DNA of 64,000 bases from Selenomonadaceae bacterium (lineage in GTDB: Bacteria; Bacillota; Negativicutes; Selenomonadales; Selenomonadaceae). The stretch spans positions 2,056-66,055 of the forward strand of contig JAFWWC010000020.1 of assembly GCA_017518105.1 (NCBI GenBank). Direction: 5' to 3'. A program made the translations under genes and the position numbers. This document shows, in pieces, positions 55,987 to 64,000 of this stretch (position 1 is its first letter; every line of letters starts with the position of its first letter). A model generated the notes under the pieces. The model did no database searches and was not told the origin of the DNA. It was given only the letters and a program-made list of their open reading frames with translations.

Positions 55987-56856
55987 AGCTTAACAAAGTT
56001 ACTTTAGATTACTAGCCGCGCAATAAGATACTCCCGAAATTGCGTAGTAATCTGCAAGGTTTCGCTGCCCCCGAAATGAGCGGATTTGAATCGGCGTTCT
56101 TGTGCGGTCTATTGAAAGCTTATCGCCCGAAAAAAATTCTGGAGGTCGGAGTATCTGCTGGTAGCAGTACAACAATAATTTTACAAGCACTTGAAGACAT
56201 CGGCGAGCCTTACGAAATGTATTCCCTCGATGTTTTGGAAAAATGGTATCAGGATAAAACAAAATCGTCGGGATTCATGGCGACCTTTGCCAAAGAAAAT
56301 AATTTATTCCACACCCCCCCCCCAGTCAACCTTATGCGGTAAACATGAATTGTATCTAGGTAAATATCTTCCACAAATAATCGATGAAATAGGTGACGAT
56401 ATAGATTTCGTGATTCTCGATACGGTTCATTCTCTACCCGGTGAAGTTTTGGATTTTCCTGTGATGTTGCCTTATCTCAAAGACGGCGCGATTGTTGTTC
56501 TGCATGATGTAAGACACAATCAATATAGACCGAAAGTTTGGCATGGTTATGCAACAGCGGTTGTATTGAGTGCGGTGACCTCAGAAGAAAAATTCCTGAA
56601 TTTTGAACCCGAAGCTGAAAACCGTCCTTATTGCTACTCAAATATCGCAGCGTTCAGCATTAGTCAACGAACACGGGAATATATAGAAAACCTTTTTTTT
56701 AGTCTCGTAATAACATGGCATTATGTTCCCGACGAGAAGCAGTTAGGAATCTATCGCGAATTTTACAAGGAACATTACCCAAAAGAATTGGTTGATATTT
56801 TTAATGAGGCAGTCAAAATGAATCGCAACTTGCATTTAATGTTTAAACAGAAATAG
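55980..56856 (+). pseudogene. Class I SAM-dependent methyltransferase paralog 1, disrupted by an in-frame TAG and a frameshift at a C10 tract
   Basis: ATG 55980 (ATGA overlap with the ACT stop) gives MIKLNKVTLDY, then TAG at 56013 where the paralogs have Glu. The frame then reads PRNKIL...KKILEVGVSAGSSTT...NNLFHTPPP. The C10 tract (56314-56323) shifts the frame. The downstream frame QSTLCGKHELYLGKYLPQIIDEIGDDIDFVILDTVH... runs to 56856. C9 would restore it. Confidence 0.7.
56314..56323 (+). repeat. Homopolymeric C10 tract inside methyltransferase paralog 1
   Basis: Counted directly: c at positions 56314-56323. Confidence 0.95.
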
Positions 56857-56868
56857 TCTTTTATAGTT

Positions 56869-57001
56869 CATGTACGCCTTTGCGGGCAAGGAACGCGCTT
56901 ACATGATTTTCCGCGTAAACGACACCAAAAAGGCTGAAGCCCTCCTCAAGGGCAAGGGGCTGAAGTCTTTAACACAGGAGGAAATTTCTGCCGTATGATT
57001 A
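56869..57001 (+). repeat. 133-bp direct repeat, copy B
   Basis: Duplicate of 55854-55986. Supplies the SD and start codon of paralog 2. Confidence 0.9.
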
Positions 57002-57858
57002 TCATTGATAAGGTTCAGGAAAACTATGAGCCGCTGGATAAAATTTTGGCGAAGTTTAAGACTAACTTTCCTCAGCGCAAAAATTTTATCACTATGCATC
57101 GCAGGGAATCGGGCTTCATTTGCGGCTTAGTAGATATGACTCGTCCGAAAAAAATTCTGGAAGTCGGAGTGGCGTCTGGCGGCACGACGGCTATGATTCT
57201 GCAACAGCTCGAAGACCGCAACGAACCCTACGAAATGCACTCGGTCGACCTTAACAAGAGATTGCATAACGAGGACATCGGGGCGTTGGTGACTTTCGCC
57301 AAGGACAATAATTTGTTGGCTCCCAATGTCTTCATGAACGAAAAGCATAAACTCTATACAGGCAAATACCTACCGCAAGTCATAGACGAAATCGGTAGCA
57401 ATATCGATTTTGTGATTCTCGATACCGTGCACTATACGCCGGGCGAGCTGTTAGATTTCCCTGTCATGTTGCCTTACTTAAAGGAAGGTGCGCTCGTCGT
57501 CTTGCATGACGTTTCCTTAAATCAGCAGAATGACCCCTTCCACAAAAGCGACGCCCATGCAACTGTACTTCTCTTCAGTGCGGTTTACGCAAAGGAAAAG
57601 TTCTTGAACTTCAAGCCGGAGACCAAATGGGTGCCCTACAGCTATCCGAATATCGCAGCCTTCAGAGTGGATCACACGACACGCGAGGCTATCGAAAATG
57701 TTTTCTTGGCTCTCAATCTTACATGGCATTATCTGCCCAGCACCGAGGAGCTTACCATTTATCGCCAATTCTACAAGAAGCATTATCCCGCGGAGATAGT
57801 CGACCTCTTCGACGAGGCTGTTAAGATGAATCTCAACAACGTAGCTTTGAAAAAATAA
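56995..57858 (+). CDS. Class I SAM-dependent methyltransferase (Methyltransf_24/O-methyltransferase-like), intact paralog 2
   Basis: 287 aa. KKILEVGVASGGTTAMIL (SAM motif I), DFVILDTVH and ALVVLHDV. No homopolymer tract at the position where paralogs 1 and 3 carry poly-C. Confidence 0.8.
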   Translation: MIIIDKVQENYEPLDKILAKFKTNFPQRKNFITMHRRESGFICGLVDMTRPKKILEVGVASGGTTAMILQQLEDRNEPYEMHSVDLNKRLHNEDIGALVTFAKDNNLLAPNVFMNEKHKLYTGKYLPQVIDEIGSNIDFVILDTVHYTPGELLDFPVMLPYLKEGALVVLHDVSLNQQNDPFHKSDAHATVLLFSAVYAKEKFLNFKPETKWVPYSYPNIAAFRVDHTTREAIENVFLALNLTWHYLPSTEELTIYRQFYKKHYPAEIVDLFDEAVKMNLNNVALKK

Positions 57859-57893
57859 TCACACTACAGGCAATTAACAAAGGAGAAGAGTGC

Positions 57894-58761
57894 ATGATTA
57901 AAGTTAATGAAATTCCCAACAGTTATGAGCCGCGCAACAAAATTCTTTCGAAATTAGAAGCCTATTTTAAAGGCGCAAAAGGATCTGTTCTGATGACAAA
58001 TTCGCAATCGGCTTTTTTGTGCGGTTTACTTGAAACTTATCGCCCCAAAAAGATTCTAGAAATCGGTGTGGCAGCAGGTGGTTCAACGGCAATAATCTTG
58101 CAACCCCTCGAAGACATTGCTAGCCCCTACGAAATGCATTCCGTCGATATATGTGAAAAACATTGGGAACATAAAGAAAAGAATATTGGTTTCTTGGCTG
58201 AGATAGCTAAGGAGAATAATTTATTCACCCCCCCAGTCAACCTTATGCGGTAAACATGAATTTCACCTCGGAAAATGTATACCGCAAGTCATCGACGAAA
58301 TCGGCGACAACATTGATTTTGTTATTCTCGATACCGCTCATTTCCTTCCTGGTGAGATTTTAGATGTTCCCGTAATTTTGCCTTACCTCAATGATGGTGC
58401 GATTGTTATCTTGCATGACGTAATCTTGAATCAGCTCGACTTTAATTGGAGAGAGGCTTTTGCTACCGGTGCCTTGTTAAGCGTGGTAACATCTAAAGAA
58501 AAATTTCTAAACTCTGACGATACCAATAAAACTCTTCCCTTCTGCTATCCGAATATCGGCGCATTTAAAGTGGATCGCACTACACGTGAGAATATTGAAG
58601 ATGTTTTCTTGGCTCTCATGCTCAATTGGCATTATATGCCCAACAACGCGATGCTTGAAACGTATCGCACATTCTACAAAAGATATTACCCTGCGCACTT
58701 GGTAGATATATTTAACGAGGCTATCAGACTGAATCGCAATTACATGGCTAAAAAGAAATAA
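57894..58761 (+). pseudogene. Class I SAM-dependent methyltransferase paralog 3, frameshifted at a C7 tract (candidate phase-variable gene, currently OFF)
   Basis: MIKVNEIPNSYEPRNKIL...KKILEIGVAAGGSTAIIL...NNLFTPP, then the C7 tract (58228-58234). The downstream frame QSTLCGKHEFHLGKCIPQVIDEIGDNIDFVILDTAH...LPYLNDGAIVILHDV runs to 58761. C6 or C9 restores one 288-289-aa ORF. Confidence 0.75.
58228..58234 (+). repeat. Homopolymeric C7 tract inside methyltransferase paralog 3
   Basis: Counted directly: c at positions 58228-58234. Confidence 0.95.
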
Positions 58762-58780
58762 ATTTTTATAATCGAACATC

Positions 58781-58815
58781 AGCCGAGGGCGGCAAATGCT
58801 CTCGGCTTATTTTAT
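58781..58815 (+). terminator. Rho-independent terminator after the methyltransferase cluster
   Basis: AGCCGAG-n13-CTCGGCT-TATTTTAT. Confidence 0.6.
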
Positions 58816-58828
58816 CGGAGGTGACGCT

Positions 58829-61800
58829 TTGGATAGATACAGGCTTACAATCGACGAGAAAAATTTCTTCAGTCTCTTTGACGAGGCGAACTTAAATTTC
58901 ACTGCTTGCCATTTGCAGGAAATCATCATCACGCCCGCGGCAAACTTTTGGCAGATAAAACTACTAACGGATAAGAATTTCGACAAGCAAACCTTCCGCC
59001 GTGCCGAGGAGTTCCTGCGCAATAGATACGGCGTCGAGGTTCAAATTGATAACGAAATCTCCGCCTCGGACGAAGTGATTATTCCCGAAAAAAAATCTGT
59101 GCGGCACTCGTCAAACGGCAAATCGAACGGGACGAGCAAAAAATTTTCCGAGACCATAACAAACATCAGCGACATTAACGAACAGAGCGGGCAGGTTACA
59201 ATTATCGGCGAGGTTGGCGCGGACGATATTAACGGCGTTAAGCTCCGCGAATTCAAGAACGGGACGACTTGCGTTTCATTCAGCGTGACGGATAAGACTG
59301 ACGGCATCGCGTGCAAGAAATTTTTCAAGAAGGATAAGCAAGCCGACGCTCAGCCCTTCGCGGACAGTATCAAAGCGGGTAGTCTCTTAAAGATTGCCGC
59401 CGCCGCCAAGTATGACGAATACGCCAAAGAGACCGTCCTTTTAATCAATGCGCTTGAGACTGTGGAAACCGTCGCCCGCATGGACAATGCCGAAGTCAAA
59501 CGCGTTGAACTGCACGTGCATACGACAATGAGCGCGATGGACGCCGTTATACCCGTCGAGAAGTTGATTAAGACCGCCGCCGCTTGGAATTGGTCAGCGG
59601 TGGCGATAACCGACCACGGAGTTATTCAAGCTTTCCCGAACGCCGCAATCACCGCCGAAAAGCTCGCTAAGCAGGGCAAGCCGATTAAAATTATCTACGG
59701 CATGGAGGGCTACCTCGTCGGCGACGACCCTAAGCAAAAGTTCGCCAATCACGTCATCATTCTAGCGAAGAACAAACGCGGGCTTGAAAACCTCTACAAG
59801 CTCATTTCAATCAGCCAGATTAAGTTCATGCATTACCGTCCGCGAATTCCAAAAAGTTTGCTCAGCGACATGCGCGAGGGTTTGATAATCGGTTCGGCGT
59901 GCGAGGCGGGCGAATTGATTCGGGCAATCACGGCGGGCAAGGACGACACCGAGCTTGAGGTAATCGCCAAATTTTATGATTATCTGGAAATACAGCCCAT
60001 TCATAACAACGACTTCCTTATCCGCAGCGACGACTTCCCGACGATTACCGACGACGAGGACTTGCGCAATATCAATCGCAAAGTCGCCGAGCTAGCTAAG
60101 CGATTGGGCAAGCCGCTTGTCGCCACGACTGATGCCCATTTCCTCAACAAAGAAGATTCGATTTGCCGAGCCGTCCTCATGCACAGCAAAGGATACGCCG
60201 ACGCCGATAAGCAACCGCCGCTGTACTTGCGCACGACGGAGGAAATGTTCGCGGAGTTCGATTATCTGGACGAGGCGACAGCTTACGAGGCAATCATCAC
60301 CAACCCGAACAAAATCGCCGAGTCCGTCGAAGTCTTGAAGCCTATACCCGACGGCTTGTATTCTCCGCAAGTGCCCGGCGCGGAAGAGGAGATACGCCAG
60401 ACTTCCTACGCTAGAGCTAGGAGACTTTACGGGGAAAACTTGCCGGCGTTGGTTGAGGCTCGACTTGAACAGGAGCTTAAGCCGATAATCGCGCACGGGT
60501 TCGCGGGGCTGTATATGATTGCTCAACGGCTCGTCAAGAAGTCAAACGACGACGGCTACCTTGTCGGCTCGCGTGGCTCTGTTGGTTCGTCGTTCGTGGC
60601 GACCTTGACGGGGATAACTGAAGTCAATCCTTTGCCGCCGCATTATCGTTGCCCGAAGTGTCAGTACAGCAAATTTTTCACGGCGGGCGAAGTCGGTTGC
60701 GGCTACGATTTGGAAAGCGCAACTTGCCCCGTTTGCGGCTATCCTCTGATTAAAGACGGGCATGACATTCCGTTTGCGGTGTTCCTCGGCTTCGACGGCG
60801 ATAAGGTGCCCGACATTGATTTAAACTTCAGCGGCGAATATCAATCGACGGCGCACAAGTACACGGAGGTTTTATTTGGCAAGCACAATGTCTATCGTGC
60901 GGGGACAATCTCGACAGTCGCGGAGAAAACTTCCTTTGGTCTGGTTAAAAGATACTTCGACGACCGCGGGCAGAAGAAGCACGGCTCATTCATTGCCAAG
61001 ATTGCGGCAGGCTGTCAGGGCGTCAAGCGCACGACTGGTCAGCACCCCGCTGGGATTATGGTTGTGCCGCGCGATATGGATATTCATTACTTTACGCCGA
61101 TTCAATACCCCGCCGACAACAAGGACGCCTCGACCACGACGACGCACTTTGATTATCACTCGATAAGCTCGCGGCTCGTCAAACTCGATATTCTCGGACA
61201 CGTCGACCCAACGATGATTCGTATGCTAGAAAACCTCACGCACCGCGACCCGAAGACCATTCCCCTTGACGATAAGCCGACGCTAAGCCTGTTCAACTCG
61301 ACCGACGCCTTGGGAGTATCGGCTGGGCAGCTCGGCACGAAGTCCGGGACATATGGCTTGCCGGAGTTCCGCACGAGTTTTACGCGGCAAATGATTGACG
61401 ACACGCACCCCGATTGCTTTAGCGACCTGGTGAGGATTTCGGGCTTTTCGCACGGGACGGACGTTTGGTTAGGCAATGCACAGGATTTGATTAGGCAGGG
61501 AACTTGCACGCTGAAGAACGCAATCTCCGCCCGCGATGATATTATGATGTACCTGATTCATCACGGCGTTGACGCGCTCAAGTCCTTCAAGACTATGGAG
61601 AGCGTCCGCAAGGGCAAGGGCATTAAGCCCGACGACCTTAACGACCTAAAGGCGCACGACGTGCCCGACTGGTACATTGACTCTTGCCAAAAGATTAAGT
61701 ATCTCTTCCCGCGAGCCCACGCAACCGCCTATGTCATGATGGCTTATCGGATTGCCTACTGCAAGGTTCATTACCCGTTGGCTTACTACGCGGCTTACTT

Positions 61801-62236
61801 CAGCAAGCGTACAGAGGAATTCGACGCCAACGAGGTTATCAAAGGTCAGCAGTATGTTAAGCGGAAGCTTGATGAGTTGGAGGACTTAGCCGACGAGCGC
61901 AAGCTTGACATTAAGGAGGGCGACCGCTTGGCTGATTATCAAGTCGTGTATGAATTCTTCTTGCGCGGCTACAGCTTTGAACGGGCGAATCTTTACGACT
62001 CGGACGCCGAAGACTTTATCATCAAGAAGAACGGCTTGTTGATGTCTCTAAGTTCAATCGACGGCGTGAGCGAGGCGGCGGCAAGAAATATCGTTGAGGC
62101 TCGCAAGGCTGGCAGGTTCTCTTCCGTCGAAGACCTAAAGAATCGTGCCGGCTTGAATAAGACAGTAGTCGCCGCTCTAAAGGCGCACGGTTGCCTAAGG
62201 GATTTGCAGGAAAGCAATCAAATGTCGCTCTTTTGA
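58829..62236 (+). CDS. polC: PolC-type DNA polymerase III alpha subunit lacking the internal 3'-5' exonuclease domain
   Basis: OB fold, PHP (VELHVHTTMSAMDAV, AITDHGV), YLVGSRGSVGSSFVATLTGITEVNPLPPHY, Zn finger CPKC...CPVCG, DIDLNFSGEYQ, KRTTGQHPAGIMVVP, KLDILGH, ISGFSHGTDVWLGNAQ and the final NQMSLF are all collinear with B. subtilis PolC as I recall it. Between IIYGMEGYLVGDD and ANHVIILAKNKRG only 5 aa remain where the roughly 190-210-aa DEDDh exonuclease normally sits. TTG 58829 follows GGAGGTG. Confidence 0.85.
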   Translation: MDRYRLTIDEKNFFSLFDEANLNFTACHLQEIIITPAANFWQIKLLTDKNFDKQTFRRAEEFLRNRYGVEVQIDNEISASDEVIIPEKKSVRHSSNGKSNGTSKKFSETITNISDINEQSGQVTIIGEVGADDINGVKLREFKNGTTCVSFSVTDKTDGIACKKFFKKDKQADAQPFADSIKAGSLLKIAAAAKYDEYAKETVLLINALETVETVARMDNAEVKRVELHVHTTMSAMDAVIPVEKLIKTAAAWNWSAVAITDHGVIQAFPNAAITAEKLAKQGKPIKIIYGMEGYLVGDDPKQKFANHVIILAKNKRGLENLYKLISISQIKFMHYRPRIPKSLLSDMREGLIIGSACEAGELIRAITAGKDDTELEVIAKFYDYLEIQPIHNNDFLIRSDDFPTITDDEDLRNINRKVAELAKRLGKPLVATTDAHFLNKEDSICRAVLMHSKGYADADKQPPLYLRTTEEMFAEFDYLDEATAYEAIITNPNKIAESVEVLKPIPDGLYSPQVPGAEEEIRQTSYARARRLYGENLPALVEARLEQELKPIIAHGFAGLYMIAQRLVKKSNDDGYLVGSRGSVGSSFVATLTGITEVNPLPPHYRCPKCQYSKFFTAGEVGCGYDLESATCPVCGYPLIKDGHDIPFAVFLGFDGDKVPDIDLNFSGEYQSTAHKYTEVLFGKHNVYRAGTISTVAEKTSFGLVKRYFDDRGQKKHGSFIAKIAAGCQGVKRTTGQHPAGIMVVPRDMDIHYFTPIQYPADNKDASTTTTHFDYHSISSRLVKLDILGHVDPTMIRMLENLTHRDPKTIPLDDKPTLSLFNSTDALGVSAGQLGTKSGTYGLPEFRTSFTRQMIDDTHPDCFSDLVRISGFSHGTDVWLGNAQDLIRQGTCTLKNAISARDDIMMYLIHHGVDALKSFKTMESVRKGKGIKPDDLNDLKAHDVPDWYIDSCQKIKYLFPRAHATAYVMMAYRIAYCKVHYPLAYYAAYFSKRTEEFDANEVIKGQQYVKRKLDELEDLADERKLDIKEGDRLADYQVVYEFFLRGYSFERANLYDSDAEDFIIKKNGLLMSLSSIDGVSEAAARNIVEARKAGRFSSVEDLKNRAGLNKTVVAALKAHGCLRDLQESNQMSLF

Positions 62237-62240
62237 ATCA

Positions 62241-62278
62241 AAAAACCGTCAAGCCCAAATGCCTGACGGTTTCTTTAT
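62241..62278. terminator. Bidirectional rho-independent terminator between polC and the mutase gene
   Basis: AAAAACCGTCA-n12-TGACGGTTTCTTT. Confidence 0.7.
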
Positions 62279-62296
62279 GTCTGTGGAAAGTTTTGC

Positions 62297-64000
62297 TTAG
62301 CCAGCGTCTTCTTCTTCCTTAGCGCGGTCAACGAGGATATTTAAGAGTTTCATAGCGGCTTCGGGAATGTTGGTGCCTGGCGCGAAGATTGCAACGGCTC
62401 CGCTCTTGTAGAGGTGGTCGTAGTCTTGCACGGGGATAACGCCGCCGATAGCAACCAGAATATCTTCGCGGCCGAGTTTTTTAAGTTCGTCGACGAGTTC
62501 GGGAAGCAATGTATTATGACCCGCCGCCAACGAGCTAAAGCCGACAATGTGAACGTCGTTATCGACAGCATCTTGCGCCGCCTCTTGAGGAGTCTGGAAG
62601 AGCGGTCCAACGTCGACATCCCAACCCATATCCGCGAAACTCGACGCGATAACTTTTGCGCCGCGGTCGTGACCGTCCTGCCCAATCTTAGCCACGAAGA
62701 TACGCGGACGACGACCAGTGAGTTTCTCGAATTCATCTGCACGGGCACGAACCTTATCAAGTTCCGTCTGCTGCCCGAATTCGCTGGAGTAAACGCCGCT
62801 TATCGTGTGAATCGTCGCCTGATAACGTCCGCTAATCTTCTCGACAGCGTCAGAGATTTCACCGAGTGAGCAACGAACGCGAGCCGCCTCGACAGCGCAT
62901 TCAAGCAAGTTGCCGTTGTCGCGAGACTCAGCCGCCTTAGTGATAGCCTCCAGGGCGGCGCGTACATCGTCTTCGTTGCGTTCGGCGCGGAGTTTGTTAA
63001 GGCGTTCAACCTGAGCATTGCGGACGGCGGTATTGTCGACGGCGAGAATCTCAAGCGGGTCTTCCTTATCAAGGCGGAACTTATTCAAGCCGACAATCGT
63101 CTCGTTGTTGGAGTCGATACGCGCTTGACGACGAGCGGCGGCTTCTTCGATACGCATTTTGGGCAAGCCAGTCGCGATAGCCTTAGCCATGCCGCCGAGC
63201 TGTTCAATCTCTTGGATATGCGCCCAGGCGCGGCGGATAATCTCGTTTGTGAGAGCCTCGACGTAGTAGGAGCCGCCCCACGGGTCGATAATCTTGCAAA
63301 CGCTGGTCTCGTCCTGAATGTAAAGTTGCGTGTTGCGGGCAATGCGTGCGCTGAAGTCGGTCGGCAGGGCAATCGCTTCGTCAAGTGCGTTGGTGTGCAA
63401 GGATTGAGTGTGACCGAGAGCCGCGCCCATTGCCTCCATAACCGTGCGGGAAATGTTGTTGAAGGGGTCTTGAGCCGTAAGCGACCAGCCAGAGGTTTGG
63501 CAGTGAGTACGCAACGCCATCGACTTAGCATCACTGCCGCCCATTTGCTTAACAATCTTAGCCCAGAGGACGCGAGCCGCACGCATCTTAGCGACTTCCA
63601 TAAAGTAGTTCTTGCCGATAGCCCAGAAGAAGCTTAGACGTTTGGCGAAGGCGTCGACTTTCAAGCCGGCGTTGATACCCGTGCGGATATATTCGAGACC
63701 GTCCGCCAGAGTGTAGCCAAGCTCAATGTCAGCCGGTGCGCCTGCCTCTTGCATGTGGTAGCCGCTTATCGAAATGGAATTGAACTTCGGCATATATTTG
63801 GTCGTATACTCGAAAATGTCGCCGATGATACGCATTGACATATCGGGCGGATAAATGTAGGTATTGCGTACCATGAATTCTTTTAAGATGTCGTTCTGGA
63901 TTGTGCCGTTGAGTATCGACTTGTCGACGCCCTGTTCAATGCCGCTCTGAATGAAGAATGCCAGTATCGGGAGAACTGCGCCGTTCATTGTCATTGAAAC
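62297..64000 (-). CDS. mutB: Methylmalonyl-CoA mutase large subunit with fused C-terminal B12-binding domain; 5' end lies beyond the window
   Basis: The reading frame is open to nt 64000 ([16 protein letters not shown] is an internal MCM motif, not the N-terminus). Also [12 protein letters not shown]12-binding DxHxxG in [13 protein letters not shown], and GGVIP. Confidence 0.9.
   Translation of the reverse strand, partial: VSMTMNGAVLPILAFFIQSGIEQGVDKSILNGTIQNDILKEFMVRNTYIYPPDMSMRIIGDIFEYTTKYMPKFNSISISGYHMQEAGAPADIELGYTLADGLEYIRTGINAGLKVDAFAKRLSFFWAIGKNYFMEVAKMRAARVLWAKIVKQMGGSDAKSMALRTHCQTSGWSLTAQDPFNNISRTVMEAMGAALGHTQSLHTNALDEAIALPTDFSARIARNTQLYIQDETSVCKIIDPWGGSYYVEALTNEIIRRAWAHIQEIEQLGGMAKAIATGLPKMRIEEAAARRQARIDSNNETIVGLNKFRLDKEDPLEILAVDNTAVRNAQVERLNKLRAERNEDDVRAALEAITKAAESRDNGNLLECAVEAARVRCSLGEISDAVEKISGRYQATIHTISGVYSSEFGQQTELDKVRARADEFEKLTGRRPRIFVAKIGQDGHDRGAKVIASSFADMGWDVDVGPLFQTPQEAAQDAVDNDVHIVGFSSLAAGHNTLLPELVDELKKLGREDILVAIGGVIPVQDYDHLYKSGAVAIFAPGTNIPEAAMKLLNILVDRAKEEEDAG

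Noticed and set aside
56013-56015. In-frame TAG in methyltransferase paralog 1 as programmed recoding (for example pyrrolysine).
   Set aside because: There are no pyl genes in the window. The paralogs encode Glu (GAG) at this codon, so a simple G-to-T nonsense mutation is the parsimonious reading.
1-64000. Mobile-element boundaries (integrase, transposase, IS inverted repeats, tRNA attachment sites), rRNA/tRNA genes and CRISPR arrays.
   Set aside because: None could be found on either strand. The candidate accessory loci therefore cannot be tied to an identifiable mobile element from this window alone.

Overview
This is a 64-kb chromosomal window from a Bacillota (Firmicutes)-type anaerobe. 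The assignment rests on PolC-type replicase, TrmFO, dprA-topA-trmFO synteny, strong GGAGG Shine-Dalgarno sites and many GTG/TTG starts. All calls are by-eye motif reading of the translations; no database search was run. I support about 55 protein genes and found no rRNA, tRNA, CRISPR array, transposase or integrase. Two edge genes are missing or truncated in the ORF track. One is a >987-codon minus-strand R-M/defence fusion gene at 1-2962. The other is a methylmalonyl-CoA mutase running off the right end.

Housekeeping content:
- Cell wall: murG and a murC-ddl fusion.
- DNA metabolism: dprA, a topA-like gene, trmFO and polC.
- Transport and secretion: trkA, tatAC, an SMR exporter and a TSUP transporter.
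- Cobamide genes: cobK and a tandem CobT-like gene.
- Aromatic amino-acid fermentation: iorAB-paaK-ACT.
- Others: a UbiD decarboxylase and scattered chemotaxis/flagellar genes (cheX, MCP, fliB-like, FliD-C-like).

Most interesting candidates:
1. Operon 44110-49222: a beta-CASP metallo-hydrolase, a protein that looks like a J-like (HPE) plus GrpE-like fusion, and a 968-aa Hsp70 with a long helical C-terminal tail.
2. An apparently AT-richer two-gene insertion at 32983-38551: a 1230-aa protein with an embedded actin/Hsp70-fold ATPase and a 471-aa IF2_N-like HTH/coiled-coil protein. They are separated by a 460-bp non-coding region with iteron-like 20-bp tandem repeats and AAAATCC-N7/8-GGATTTT palindromes.
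3. Three tandem SAM-methyltransferase paralogs at 55980-58761, two of them interrupted at conserved poly-C tracts, which suggests phase variation.
4. An unannotated Fst/PepA1-like type I toxin with a divergently transcribed complementary RNA (8551-8876).
5. A PolC with no 3'-5' exonuclease insert and a shortened TopA homolog with substituted catalytic motifs.
6. The GIY-YIG-helicase-methyltransferase fusion at the left edge.

Two type II TA pairs are also present: DinJ-like/VapC and HicAB.
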